Below, piece by piece: positions 1-15,563 of a stretch of DNA of 64,000 nt. The stretch comes from Eledone cirrhosa. Its lineage: Eukaryota. A model generated the notes under the pieces. It saw nothing but the letters and a program-made list of their open reading frames with translations, searched no databases and was not told the origin of the DNA. The stretch is from positions 40,424,001 to 40,488,000 of the forward strand of contig OZ024755.1 of the NCBI GenBank assembly GCA_964016885.1, in the 5' to 3' direction. The translations under genes and the position numbers were made by a program. Each line of letters starts with the position of its first letter. Position 1 is the first letter of the stretch.

Positions 1-391
1 TGAAAGATTTCCTATTAACAACGCTGACAACCATTCCCATGTCACTCAAAGGAAACTGTCATTTATCATTTCTTCTGCTTTTCCGAGAACACGATTTCTA
101 TAATCACCGCTGTGGTTGTTTGAAATACAGGAGCCAGATTCTGCTTTTACCAATCCTTGCTAAAGTTACATATAAATCCTAACCTGTCTTTATGTAAATA
201 GATTTATTCTGTACTATGCCAAAACATCACATTTAAAAAAAATTAAATAAATGTTTATTCCCAGGACTTGTTTCACTCACAAAATTGGCTTAAAAACCGT
301 TGATAATTAAACAAAATTAAGTAATGAGAAATGGAATAAAGATGGGCTGATCTGGCTGTATGGGGAAGTAGAGGGACGGATTATACAGAAC

Positions 392-910
392 GAACACACA
401 CACACACACACGTGCACACGCACACGCATACGCACACGCGCACACGCACACGCACACGCACACGCACACCCACGCACGCACTGCACACACACTGCATAAA
501 CGCGCACGCACAAACACACCCACACAGACACACACTGCATAAACACGCACACAAAAACACACACACCCACACTGAACAAACACACACAAACAAACACACA
601 CACACTACACAAACACACAAACAAACACACACACACACACTACACACACACACACACACTACACAAACACACACACACACTACACAAACACACACACACA
701 CACACACTAGACAAACACACACACTACACACACACACTGCACACACACACACACAGTACACACACTAAACACACACTATACACACACACACAAACACACT
801 GCACACACTGCACACACTGCACACACACATACACACACACACAAACACAACACACACACACATACACACACACACACTACACACACTCTCTCACACACAC
901 ACACACACTG
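392..910. repeat. degenerate (CA)n microsatellite
   Basis: Continuous CA-rich dinucleotide tract; its ORFs are HT/CV artefacts. Confidence 0.95.
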
Positions 911-1009
911 CACAATCATTCACAGACACGTGTGCACATACAGAAACTGTCATGTGTGCATATGTCAGCATATGAATCATAAAAGACATACACACATCAG
1001 CATTTATAT

Positions 1010-1094
1010 GAGTGTGTATGTGTGTGTCTTTGTGTATGCGTTTGTGTGTATGTGTGTATGTGTATGTGTATGTGTGTGTATGCGTGTGTGTATA

Positions 1095-1138
<44 letters not shown>

Positions 1139-1215
1139 TGTGTATGTGTGTGTATGTGTGTGTATGTGTGTGTGTATGTATGTGTATGTGTGTGTATGTG
1201 TGTGTATGTGTATGT
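1010..1215. repeat. (TG)n/(TGTA)n microsatellite
   Basis: Direct reading. Confidence 0.95.
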
Positions 1216-1289
1216 CTGCGTGTTCTCATTTAAGTAGCAAGGACCGGTAAAGTGGAATTACACACCTTTACTGCTCAGTCATTAAATAT

Positions 1290-2345
1290 TATTTCCTTAT
1301 GTGGGATCCTCACCTGTGGTCCTGGTCAGTCCCATTTCTGATCATAATGGCTTGAAAGTTGCGTGTTGAAAGACACTGGTCTTGTGCAGCCAAACTGAAG
1401 CCCTCACTCTCTGTCTTCAGCCCAGAAATCTGCAGCCCCTGATGGGTGAGAGTTTGATTTACATCAGGTTCTTTGCTATGGAGAACCTACTGCCCTTGCA
1501 GTGGTTTTTTCCCCTATGTAGTGTACAGTCTGCCTTGATCTTCATGTTTTGCCAACATTTTGATGTTGTTTGCAACTCTAATTGCAGAATCGGCATGGAT
1601 TGGCAGTATCGGTAGAGGGTCTGACGCCATGCTTTGCAGCAAAGAGTTGCGGCCCTTTATTATCTGAGTTCAAATCCCGCCGTGGTTAACTTTGCCATTC
1701 ATCCTTACGGGGTAGATAAAATAAAGTACCAGTAATATACTGGGGTAATTGCCGGACTTGTGCCAAAAGTAGAAACAATTATTTTCTAAATGTATTCCCA
1801 ATTCTTCCACAAAATTCCTATTTCCCTTTGTGACTGATGTTAGCTTCTTCCTTTATTGATCTTCAACTATTTTTAGAATCCAATTATCTGTAATTTTACG
1901 GTACTGATCGAGCCCAATAGTTGATATTTTGTATGACATCTGAACCTGGATCATTCTCTACCTCCGTTTGTCTAAGAAGATAGAAGAGATCTACATTTTG
2001 TTGTGGGTGGTATAGTTTATTACAGGTCAGAAGCTTCCTGATTTTGGTCTCCTTTTTCTTTATTTCTAAAACGTTCCAATTTAAGATATTGAAACTGTAG
2101 GTGACAACTGGGATTGAAGCGCATTTACTCCTTTGAGTTTAGCTCAGTTTTCATGACAGCACATACTCTCAGGTAGCATTCCTACCTGATTCTCTCTTTC
2201 ATGCTGGCGTGGTGAATCTCTTGGCCTTTATTGATCCCTAGATATCTGTAGGCCTTTTCTTGATCTAGTTCCCTAATTACTGAATTCACATCTATTTCCA
2301 TTGAGTTTGTGCTTGTCATTCTGTCATTCTTGAATGTTGCTAGGA
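1290..2345 (-). mobile_element. decayed R4/Dong-like (RLE-type) non-LTR retrotransposon fragment, interrupted by a SINE
   Basis: Minus-strand translation gives 'ELDQEKAYRYLGI..HHASMKERIR' (end of RT) and 'KKPLQGQ..DVNQ..GLKTESEGFSLAAQDQCLSTRNF', matching R4/Dong post-RT motifs (KPLHGQ, ETEGFI.AAQDQ). Confidence 0.75.
1590..1782 (+). mobile_element. tRNA-derived SINE, family A
   Basis: A-box TGGCAGTATCGG, B-box GTTCAAATCC, core 'ttcatccttacgggg..gataaaataaagtaccag', tail agaaacaattatt; more than 10 homologues in window. Confidence 0.85.
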
Positions 2346-3070
2346 TCAAAAGTCGGCCTGCACATGAACTCCCATACACAAGAGAATGCTCGCCCCTCTC
2401 ACTGGGGTAGCGATGTTGTTTGCTCTTCGTAAGAAAAATGCATCTTATATATTCACTGTAAAAATTCTACAAGTTTTGCTATTAGTATAGCAAACATTGT
2501 TTGAGGGACTGAAAAATGACACAAGAATGTTTATGAAAGACGAAGTACAAATAATAAATAAATAGTTCCAATCTTTCGCTGCCCACAATACACGTGTATG
2601 GCTGTACCCGTTTATATAGTAACAAACGCTAACAGCATAAATCAACCAACGATAGCTTGTCGAGTTCTTTCGTTCACTTGTTCTGTCTCAGTGACGTAGA
2701 AATCCTCTGTGTGTTGTTACCGCAACATCCCAGTGTCAGACATGCAAAGGACGTACCCCAGGAGATAGCGAGGGAGGACATTATAGAATTTAATTATAAT
2801 AAATCTGCACGAATAAACTGGTTTCTTAAACTAAATTAACAATAAATAAAGGGAAAAAGCAGCAAATTCCTCCTATCAACCACAAAAGGCTCTGCAGAAC
2901 TTCAATCACAAATCTATTATATTTATAACAAAAGTAAACATAGAAATATTTCAGACAGAACTTTGATAATATGTCTAAAGTGAAGAGGTAAATTTTTATT
3001 GGTAATGTAAATATAATTGATCGTGGAGCGGACAATTGACAGAAAGAAAATATGTTGTATAAAATAGAGA

Positions 3071-3115
<45 letters not shown>

Positions 3116-3198
3116 AAAGCATGAATCTAATAAACCTTTATTTGTCAGCCTCTCTGTTTTGTTCCCGTATAAATTTGAACTATATATATATATATACA

Positions 3199-3258
<60 letters not shown>

Positions 3259-3456
3259 CCTGTTAGTTCTATCGTTACTTTGGTATATTATTGTGTGTTA
3301 GATTTTGCCTACCACAATGTTCGATTTGTCTAGCTATTTAAACGTATGTTATTACTCTAAGGACCTAACTTATCAAGTGCTTTGCTAACACATCATTTCA
3401 TATAAGTAGGCGGAATTCACTTGCAAACCGCCAGAGATTCGATTTTACTGATTTCC

Positions 3457-3493
<37 letters not shown>

Positions 3494-3494
<1 letters not shown>

Positions 3495-3641
3495 TAGCAG
3501 AATGGCCCGGCGTTGCTCGGGATTTGCTCTAGGGTTCCTATATATTTGATATATATTTATCCTTATCGAGCCTCGTGAAATAAATACGTTTGTTTATATT
3601 TTGTTATTGTGTATGCAAAAATATCTGTACACAAATATATA

Positions 3642-3682
<41 letters not shown>

Positions 3683-4495
3683 CAGTACAGAGAAGTACGG
3701 AATACCTCGGCTTCAGGGTGGTGTCTATATTTTGTGCTTATAAAAAAATTTCGTCGTAGATTACAAGGGTTTTTTTCCGTGCGAAGAAAATCAAGATTTT
3801 ATCGCGAAATAAATACTTTTGTTTGTATTTTGTTATTGTGTATGCAAAAATATCTATACACGAATATATAATTATATATATGTATATATTGAAATAACAG
3901 AATAAAATTTAAGCAAAGAATCGCTGCTTTCTCCCTCAACGGGATCTTCTGAAACTAAAAAATCAATCCGGTGAACGCAGAAGTAAATATTTCGAAAAAC
4001 GTTACACACTATATACTCATACTTCTCGCCTTCTTCACTACCTCTTCTACGGCCTCGATATGAATACCCCCTCCGCCTCCGTGGTATTTTCTTCGTGGTT
4101 ATAAGAGGCTTAGCTCTGTTTCTCGACCGTTATATCGCGTGACTGTCTCCCCCTCCGCCTTTTGGGATTTTTTCTCACGTCGTGTAGACACGTTCTTGAG
4201 ACTAGTAAAATGAGGTATCCTCTTGATAAGTCGGCAGACCTCGCAAGGACTCTATATCTTTGATATATTGTTTTTGTTTATGCCACGAAACTACGTAGTC
4301 GAGGAATTTAGGAACAGTTTAGGTATGATACATTTTATTACTAATTATATCTAAATGTTTCTTCTCTCTTCATAATGTATTTTTAACTCTGATACTGGTT
4401 CAGTCTGGTTCAAACTGAATTAATCTGTCCCAGTCATTCATTGAGCAACATCGGTGAAGTTGGCACCCTTAACTCACAGTTGGGTGCGGATGCAT
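3494..4495 (-). mobile_element. non-autonomous Helitron-like element (3' terminus at 3494; other boundary uncertain)
   Basis: Minus strand ends in hairpin cccgagcaacgccggg (3506-3521) followed 8 nt later by CTAG abutting T of (TA)n, the canonical Helitron 3' end. Internal segments recur at ~13408-13474. Confidence 0.55.
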
Positions 4496-4789
4496 TCATG
4501 TATATATGTGTGTGTCCGCATGTATCTGTGTGTTTCTAAATATATATATATATATATATATATATACACTCACACACACAAACACCGCGTCATAATGTCG
4601 TAATGCAGACAGCCAGACATACAGACAGATATTATAAGGGCGCCACGTTATATCTATGTATCTATCTAAAAAGAGAAAGACTAAGAATAATAGAGAGAGA
4701 TCGCTAAATCGCCTAATGCGGTCCCTAGGGCATTGAACATTTGAAATTTTGAAAATTTGAAACAGCTCCGGGCTCACCCCCACTCACAT

Positions 4790-6420
4790 CCACCAGCTCC
4801 TATCCGAAATCGTATTTCGGTTTTCTCAACCTAACATACCGGCAAACCTCGGGGCTGCCCATGGGTTCAAGCCTATCGGGTGTGCTACCGATCTCATATA
4901 TGGACAGCCTCAAGGGCAAGGCACTCAACACCTGCCACCCCAACACCTTTGTCTTTTTTTCAAGGTACGTGGACGACATCCTCATCCTCACATCTTCCCG
5001 GGAGATGGCGAGCGGGTTTTATGAGACGTTCAACAACACGGACGAGAATATTGATTTCAGTGTTGAACACCCCAACGACATCGGGTCCTTTGCCCTCCTC
5101 GACTTCCGAATCAACATCACGGAGCAGGGAGGGATCTAACTTCTACCGCAAGGCAGCCTGCAGCGGCTTGTTCGTCCACTACAAGTCTGCCCTCCCTAAC
5201 AGTGCTAAAAGAGGGTACGCCACGAACGAGATCACGCGAATTAAAAACAGATGTAGCGATCCCGTCAGTGGTGTCACCCATACCAAGCGGTTCCTCAGGG
5301 TGCTGGAGACGAACGGATACCCAGCCTCGCTTACAGAGTAAGAGACACCAGACGCAAGAGGCAGAGAAAAACCCAAGGCAAGTTCTTCCTTTAAATCCCT
5401 CACCTGGGCGAGAAAACCACCAACGCTATCCGCAGGGCTATACAGAGAAAGAGTCTCGACATCCACCTGGTCCACTCGGACCCCTCCCTAAGGAGATGCC
5501 TCTCCAGGAAACCCGGGAAATCGACTGACGCGTGTTCCCTCAGAAACTGTCCAATGCGCCAAACGAACTGTTGCTTACGCACGTACGTTGTATACAGGGT
5601 AGAATGTGACAAGTGCAACCACTACTAAATCGGTAGCACAATCCGGCCGCTACATATCCGGATCAAGGAGCACATCAACACCAGGGCCTCGTCTTTCCGG
5701 AAACACATAACCAAATGCGGAAATAAAGACGGAAGGCCCATTGTCACAGTGCTAGCGACAGAACACAACGTTACGCAACGTTACGAATCAAGGAAGCACT
5801 TTGGATCAAACACCTAGGACCACAAATAAATAACCGATCCGAGAGAAGCGAGCCGAGGTGGCTGGTGTAAACAAACGAGACAACACACACAGTGGCATTC
5901 GAACGATTATTATTGTGTGTATAGCACGCCCACCATCCACCGACCAACAAGCGACCAGACAGACTACTACACTGCCAGTAACAAAGACTGAATATAGGTA
6001 GTACAATGGATTGACAGCTAGCACCATCCCACTCCCACAATAAAGAGGAGCTGCCTCGAACTTAGCTTGGCCGCACCTAATCCGCACGCACGTGCGCTCT
6101 ACAGAATATCTCAGTTACACACAAACGGCGGACAACAGAGGCCACGTACCGTTCCTCTCTGGCAGATAACTTTCCTCCTCGGAAAACTACCCAGTTGATG
6201 GATGCGAAAATCGAAATATCGGAGCAATTAAATCTCTCCCAAGGTAACTCTATCTCGTGTTATTATTTTTATTTTTTACGCTCTTTCCTACGTTCCTCTA
6301 CACACTATACATCTCATTCTACATTTCCTCTTACATCTCTCTCTCCAACACCGGATTCTCTTACCCGGAGTTTTACCCATCTGCATTGTTGAGGCTTCAA
6401 GCAAACTTCAATACACTCAT
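4790..6420 (+). mobile_element. 5'-truncated Penelope-like element (RT + GIY-YIG, disrupted) with 3' pseudo-LTR
   Basis: GLPMGSSLSG..RYVDD..FALLDFRI..FYRK..NGYP, then C-rich linker and 'VVYRVECDKCNHY*IGSTIRPLHIRIKEH' GIY-YIG motif; stops and frameshifts present. Confidence 0.9.
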
Positions 6421-6450
6421 ATATACATGTGTGTGTGTGTGTGTGTATGT

Positions 6451-6527
<77 letters not shown>

Positions 6528-6770
6528 AAAATATATGTATATATATATGTATATGTATATATATATATATGTATATGTATATATATATATATGTATATGT
6601 ATATATATATATATGCATATGTATATATATATATATGTATGTATATATATATGTATGTATATGTATATATGTATGTATATGTATATATATATGTATATAA
6701 AAATATATGTATATATATATATATATATATGTATATGTATATATATGTATATATATATATTTTATATATA
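6420..6770. repeat. (TA)n-rich microsatellite
   Basis: Direct reading. Confidence 0.95.
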
Positions 6771-9700
6771 TTTTGTTATGCTGGCTAAATTATGCCCCAA
6801 ATACGAGGACTTTATTTAAACTCTTAACCTCTGCTCCCTCCTATATTCACCCCCCCCCCCTCTCTATATCATGCTGGTTCGCCACCAATCCCTTCCTCTC
6901 TTTCCAGATATAAAATAATCATGCAAGTACGAAACCTCAAAAATCGCCAACCCTAGACAGGCTAGGCTGCTATCACGGTGTAATGTAACGTACAAATATT
7001 TCTTCAATCTTCTCACCATTTTAATTCCCTAGTCCATTCATCATTCTGTATCATTTCTCCCCGAATCCAATCTTTGCTTTTCTATTCGATAATTCTAGCG
7101 TATTTTTCAAAACAAATCTTGTATTATTGTTTTATGCTTGTTAAATTATGCCAAAATACGGGGATCTTATTTAAACCTTAACCTTCTCGCTAACTACCCA
7201 ATATCCCTCCCACCCGCCCCCACGCACCACCATTATTACGTGGGCCAATCATAAGTCAGCGGCCTATGCTATCGCTTACCTGGTTGCCTTTCGATATGAT
7301 GGTTGGACTACGGAATTCTGGAGAGTTTGAAAAGAAAAAAATCTGGACACTCAGTGACAATGCCAAAGATAAAGACAAATTCACCTCATGGACGAGAATG
7401 CAAGGACTCCTCCTCTTTGTTTCGGCCGCGGATGGCTAACATAACCCCATCTCCCCCATCTACCATACGCCCCACCGCTCCCACCCCCAAACGCAATCCA
7501 AAACTTCAGAGTTGGTACCATGAATGTAGGCACCTTAAAGGGTCGCTCTAACGAGGTTGTAGAAATGCTTGAACGTAAGGAGGTCGATGTTTGTTGTATT
7601 CAAGAGACCAGGTGGAGGGGTGGGTCTGCTAGATTCATCGTGGGTAAAGAACGATGCTATAAGCTTTTCTGGGTGGGAAATGACAATGGGCTGGGTGGAG
7701 TAGGAATCATGGTAGCAGAAAAGTGGGCAGATAAGATAATAGACGTAAATAGAGTGAACGACAGAATAATTAAAATAAGACTTGTCCTCAATAGAACTAC
7801 TGTGACAGTAATATCTACGTACTCACCCCAATCCGGACTGCCCGGCATTATAAAAGACAGATTCTATGAGACACTGATGCTCACTACCTTCCAAATAACC
7901 GACAGTGACTATATAATTATTGCTGGCGACCTAAATGGTCACGTTGGACAACATTGCGGCGGTTATGACGGAATCCATGGAGGCTATGGTTTTGGTACTA
8001 GAAATGAGGAAGGCTCCAGAATCCTGGAATTCTGTGACGCAAATAACGTAACTATCTGTAACACTAACTTCAAAAAACGAGACAATCATTGATCACCTAT
8101 AGATCGGGGGAACACACAAGCCAGGTAGATTATACCCTTACCAGGAGACGTAACAGAGTGTCTGTTGTAAACACTAAATCCCTCCCCCATGAAGAATGCA
8201 CGTCTCAACATAGACTCATAATTAGCGACCTCATAGTCAGGACGAGACGTATTCGACAACAGGAGAGGACTATCCTCAGGAGAAAAATATGGAAATTAAA
8301 GGACCCCACAGCCAGTAATAAATTTAAAAGCATATTACTTGATGCTTTTGATAGTAAGGAAGAGCAATTAGAGTCGTACAATATAGAGGAACAGTGGGAA
8401 TTCCTGAAAGCTAACCTGCTGAAGGCGACAGATGAAACCTGTGGCTGGAGCAGGCCTATAGGCAGGAGGAGAGTAACTTGGTGGTGGAACAGTAAGGTGG
8501 GGAGGTCAATCAAGGCCAAAAAGCAGGCTTGGAAAGCATGGCGGGATGGGGGAAGTAGAGAAGACTATCAAGTGGCCAGGAGGGAAGCTAGGAGACAAGT
8601 GTACTTCGCAAGAAGGGAAGCAGAGGAAAGAAAGTTCAAGCATGTTCTACAACGCGAGGACCAAAAACGTGAGGTGTTCAGGATTGCTAGGCAATGTGTC
8701 AAGGAAAACAGTGATATTGTCGGGGAGAAGTGTGTCCTTAATGATGATGGTGTACTTGCCATCACTGACGCTGATAAGAAGGTAGCTTGGAAGTGTCACT
8801 ACGAAAGGCTACTAAATGAGGAGAATAATTGGGAGAAAGACAGTCTCCCCCACATCGACCCACTAGAGGGACCAGCAGTGCAAGTTGAAGGTAGTATAAT
8901 AAGTAAGGCGATCAAAGACATGAAGACGGGTTAGGCGGCCGGGCCTTCGGAAATAGTTGCTGAAATGCTGAAAGCATCTGGAACGGTGGGACACACTATG
9001 GTCACCCGGATAGTAAACCAAGTCATACAGAATGGGGTCGTTCCGAAGGACTGCCGCAGCAACATCATCATTAACTGCTACAAGGGTAAAGGTGATGCTC
9101 TAGATAGAGGAAACTATAGAGGCATTAAATTAATTGACCAGGTCATGAAGGTCACAGAAAAAGTAATAGCGCAATTAATCAGAGAGCGAATTGATCTAGA
9201 CGAAATGCAGTTCGGGTTTGTGTGAGGTAAAAGTACAACAGATGCTCTTTTCATTGTACGACAACTACAGGAGAAGTACCTAGCTAAACGTAAACCCCTA
9301 TACTTAGCTTTTGTTGACTTGGAGAAAGCCTTTGACAGAGAACCCCGCTCGATTATCTGGTGGGCCCTTAGAAAACTAGGTGTTGATGAATGGCTTGTGA
9401 GAGCTATACAAGCCATGTATAAAGAAAGCGTCAGCAAGGTTAGAATTAACAACGAATATAGTGAAGAGTTTAGCGTAAAAGTTGGTGTTCATCAGGGCTC
9501 TGTCCTTAGCCCCCTACTATTTATTATTGCCCTTCAGGCTATAACAAAGGAGTTCGAGACCGACTGCCCATGGGAACTCCTATACGCAGATGATCTAACG
9601 CTCATAGCTCAATCAATGGCTGAACTAGAGAAGAAATTCCAAACATGGAAGCATGGCCTAGAATCAAAAGGCCTTAAAGTTAACTTGTCTAAGATTAAAG

Positions 9701-10938
9701 TTCTAGTTTGTAGAAAGGAAAATAGGGCACCGGTCCCATCTGGGAAATGGCCATGCTCAGTGTGTAGGAAAGGAGTAGGTACAAACTCCATTTTATGTCC
9801 CAAATGCAAAGTATGGGTACATAAAAGATGTAGTGGGATCACAGGTAAGCTAACTAAGAATATAGATTTTATATGTGGCCGGTGCTCTGGTGCAATAAGT
9901 AGCAGCAAGTGCCCACAGAATACTAACTCATTCCATTGCACAGATGGTTCTATAGAAATAGTGGACAGCTTCCGTTACCTGGGTGACAAAATCAGCAGTA
10001 CGGGAGGGTGCTTTGAAAGTACAGTAGCTAGAGTCAGAACGGGATGGAAAAAGTTCAGAGAGCTTATACCACTATTGGCCGCTTAAGGGTTCTCTCTAAA
10101 AATGAAAGGCAGGCTGTATGATGCCTGCATACGAACAGCAATGTTACATGGCAGTGAGACCTGGGCATTGTGTGCAGAGGATATACGCAGACTGGAGAGA
10201 AACGAAGCTTGCATGCTCCGCTGGATGTGTAATAGTAATATACGTGAACGGCAAAGCATAAACCAACTAAGGGAGAAATTAGAAATAAGAGGGATCAGAT
10301 GTTGTTTACTCGAGAGAAGACTACGTTGGTATGGTCACGTGATGCGCATGAAAGACGACAGCTGTATAACAAAGTGCAGGGCAATAAAAATAGACGGTAG
10401 CCACGGAGTAGGCAGACCCAGAGAAACCTGGGACGACTTGATAAATTCCGACCTCACACACTTACACCTCTCCAAGACAATGTCACTGGATCGAGATCTT
10501 TGGCGGTACTCAGTAATAGAGAAGACCCGCCTTACCTAAGTACAAAGTGAAACCTACTACAGTCAGTAGGCACCTCTATCAAAATACACCCCCGTCCAAC
10601 TACCGCCACCCCATCCACACCACGCCTTTCAATGTAAAGTTATGTTGGTACCACAACATCCATCCCGAAACAAATGAGGTCGTGTAGGTGTCACGACAAA
10701 AAAACACACAGTCCACGCTGTAATGTGGCCGTGTAGGTAACACGGTAAAAACCTCTCAGTCCACACTGTAAACGTGGTTGGTGTTAGGAAGGGCATCCAG
10801 CTATAGAAAACCCGCCACACAGTCCTATGAGAGCAAGACTACCACCATTCTTGCCTCAAGTGGGAAAACTCCCGTCCACACCCATGCGAGCGTGGAATAT
10901 GGACGGTAAACGATGATGATGATGATGATGATGATGAT
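6770..10938 (+). mobile_element. near full-length RTE-clade LINE with (GAT)n tail
   Basis: Single APE-RT ORF, 3' UTR motif ggttggtgttaggaagggcatccagc, terminal ggacggtaaac(gat)n; 5' region has a ~60-bp imperfect duplication (6770-6830 vs 7130-7190). 5' boundary approximate. Confidence 0.9.
7505..10539 (+). pseudogene. RTE ORF: APE endonuclease, RT and PHD-like C4HC3 finger; disabled
   Basis: NVGTL/QETRW/GDLNGHVG/SQH (APE); NYRGI, FVDLEKAFD, HQGSVLSP, YADD (9583-9594), FRYLG. One frameshift (~8090) and in-frame stops at 8932, 9223 and 10084. Confidence 0.92.
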
Positions 10939-10939
10939 T

Positions 10940-11690
<751 letters not shown>

Positions 11691-11808
11691 AACGAAGGAA
11701 ATGTGGTAAGAAACCAGGTGGACCATAACGCACCAAAGTACTCTATACTTAGGGTGGTAGAGTGGGTAATAGGAACCAGTATGACCCCGACGGCTGAGCT
11801 CAAGCCGT
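11691..11808 (-). mobile_element. PLE pLTR-like short repeat (family H1), truncated inside its hammerhead
   Basis: Homologous to 13046-13186 and 46991-47137. Confidence 0.7.
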
Positions 11809-11820
11809 ACAGTAGCATGC

Positions 11821-11851
<31 letters not shown>

Positions 11852-12218
11852 CATACAGGTACACATACATATATGCACGCATCAGTTTAGCAGACGCTTA
11901 TTATAACGCCGCTTTGTTCGTTTGTAAACAAACTGAACAGCCTGATTTATGCCGTACGGTGTTAAGGCAACCACGTCACCTTTTTGTTCAACACTGACAC
12001 AACTATCTGGCAGATGGGTATACGGTGCTGATGATAGCTAACAAGCTTGAAACTAGTACATCGTTCCTGTGTCAGTGTTGAACAAAAAGGTGACGTGGTT
12101 GCATTAACACCGTACGGCATAAATTCAGGCTGTTCAGTTTGTTTACAAACGAACAAAGCGGTGTTATAATAAGCGTCCGCGAAACTGATGCGTGCATATA
12201 TGTATGTGTACCTGTATG

Positions 12219-12249
<31 letters not shown>

Positions 12250-12364
12250 GCATGCTACTGTGCGTCTGTATACATATATGTATGTACGTATACATACATA
12301 CTTACATTTAAGTAAGTGCCATACTAAGAGTGAGAAATGAAATTTCGTTTTCATTTTATTTCAA

Positions 12365-12365
<1 letters not shown>
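11808..12365 (+). mobile_element. fold-back non-coding element (family H2): ~190-bp inverted arms 11808-12000/12068-12262 plus tail
   Basis: Arms are near reverse complements; HHR in the loop; homologue at 58788-59275. Confidence 0.8.
12023..12063 (+). ncRNA. minimal type I hammerhead ribozyme
   Basis: cggtg-CTGATGA-t-agct aaca agct-t-GAAA-ctag-TA-catcg: stem I cggtg/catcg, palindromic stem III (dimer type), predicted cut after 12058. Confidence 0.8.
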
Positions 12366-12411
<46 letters not shown>

Positions 12412-12417
<6 letters not shown>

Positions 12418-12785
12418 TCAGGTTATCAATAATGTAGTGATAATATATCGTTACGTTAGAGATGAACAGCGTACGTGCAGGTTTGCTCAACGAGTATAAA
12501 TTATATTCCGGAGAAATGTTGAAAGGATGAATATAAAATGAAAGTGCTTTTGTTAAAAAAGGAATTTATTAGGTGTTGACATATGTTTCTGTAACAGACC
12601 GAATACCTATGTATCGCTGCTTGCGTAATCATACAATGTAATCATAACAATGCTATCGAATACTTGCTAACATTGTATGATTACGCAAGCAGCGATACAT
12701 AGGTATTCGGTCTGTTACAGAAACATATGTCAACACCTAATAAATTCCTTTTTTAACAAAAGCACTTTCATTTTATATTCATCCT

Positions 12786-12789
<4 letters not shown>
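12412..12789. repeat. fold-back insertion: 119-bp inverted arms 12521-12639/12670-12788 between (TA)n tracts
   Basis: Near-perfect reverse complement; arms carry HHR 3' half GAAA-catatg-TC (12720-12731). Confidence 0.85.
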
Positions 12790-12879
<90 letters not shown>

Positions 12880-12912
12880 GTATGTATAAATATATATGTA
12901 TATATATATATA

Positions 12913-12997
<85 letters not shown>

Positions 12998-13045
12998 GTA
13001 TATACATATATATGTATATATATTTATATATATATATATATATAT

Positions 13046-13388
<343 letters not shown>

Positions 13389-13516
13389 TAAATTAACAGA
13401 TTAAAGTTTAAGCAAAGAATCGCTGCTCTACGGTTCTTATATATTTGATATATATTTATCCTTATCGAGCCCTCTTTGGATTTTAGTCTTCAAATTTATT
13501 ATTATTACTATATATG

Positions 13517-13567
<51 letters not shown>

Positions 13568-13610
13568 TTATATATGTATATATATATGTATATATGTATA
13601 TATATATGTA

Positions 13611-13685
<75 letters not shown>

Positions 13686-13722
13686 ATATATATATATATG
13701 TATATATATATGTATATATGTA

Positions 13723-13780
<58 letters not shown>

Positions 13781-13788
13781 GATATATA

Positions 13789-13906
<118 letters not shown>

Positions 13907-13956
13907 TGTATATATATATATATATATATAAATATATGTATATATATATATATATA

Positions 13957-14290
13957 TATCATTTCATGTTATGTCCGCTTTTTCCCTGCTTGCAAGGGTG
14001 AGACGGGAACTGATTCTGGCTTGATTTCTACAGCTGGATGCCCTTCCTAATACCAACCTCATTTACAGTGAGTGCTGGGTGTTTTTCTTGCCGTGGCACC
14101 TCCACGACCACTTTGCAGTGGAATGATATTGACCCCAGTCCCTATCATCTCATTTCTACAGCTGAGTAAACTGGAGCAATGTGAAATAAAGTGTCTTGCT
14201 CAAGGAAACAACACATCACCCGGTCTGAGAATTGAACTCACAACCTTTCGATTGCAAGGCAAATGCTCTAACCACTAAGCCATGTGCCTC
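13957..14290 (-). mobile_element. tRNA-derived SINE, family B, with RTE-like 3' end
   Basis: Minus strand: tggcttagtggttag (A box), gagttcaatt (B box), ccttgagcaagacacttt core, then ggttggtattaggaagggcatccagctgtagaaa, matching the RTE 3' UTR at ~10775-10810. Confidence 0.8.
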
Positions 14291-14384
14291 CACAAAAGCA
14301 TGAAACATTATATGTAATCCAGACCAGGATTGAACCCCAAACCAGGACCTCCACCGTCTCTGGTATCACCCACCAGACCACCAT

Positions 14385-15535
<1,151 letters not shown>

Positions 15536-15563
15536 ATCAAAAGATGGTTAAAAGATTTCCATG

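Noticed and set aside
43-160. 37-codon open stretch on the minus strand after a TAG acceptor (QGLVKAESG..MINDSFL*)
   Set aside because: Short, no recognisable homology, no partner exons.
392-1215. (CA)n facing (TG)n as a fold-back element
   Set aside because: Complementarity is only low-complexity; no unique mirrored sequence.
2655-2720. Minus-strand gaaagaactcgac resembling an HHR 3' half
   Set aside because: No CUGANGA core at a suitable position.
6172-6228. ctcc...gaaatatcggag as the HHR of the 4790 PLE
   Set aside because: Core and stem II too degenerate to call.
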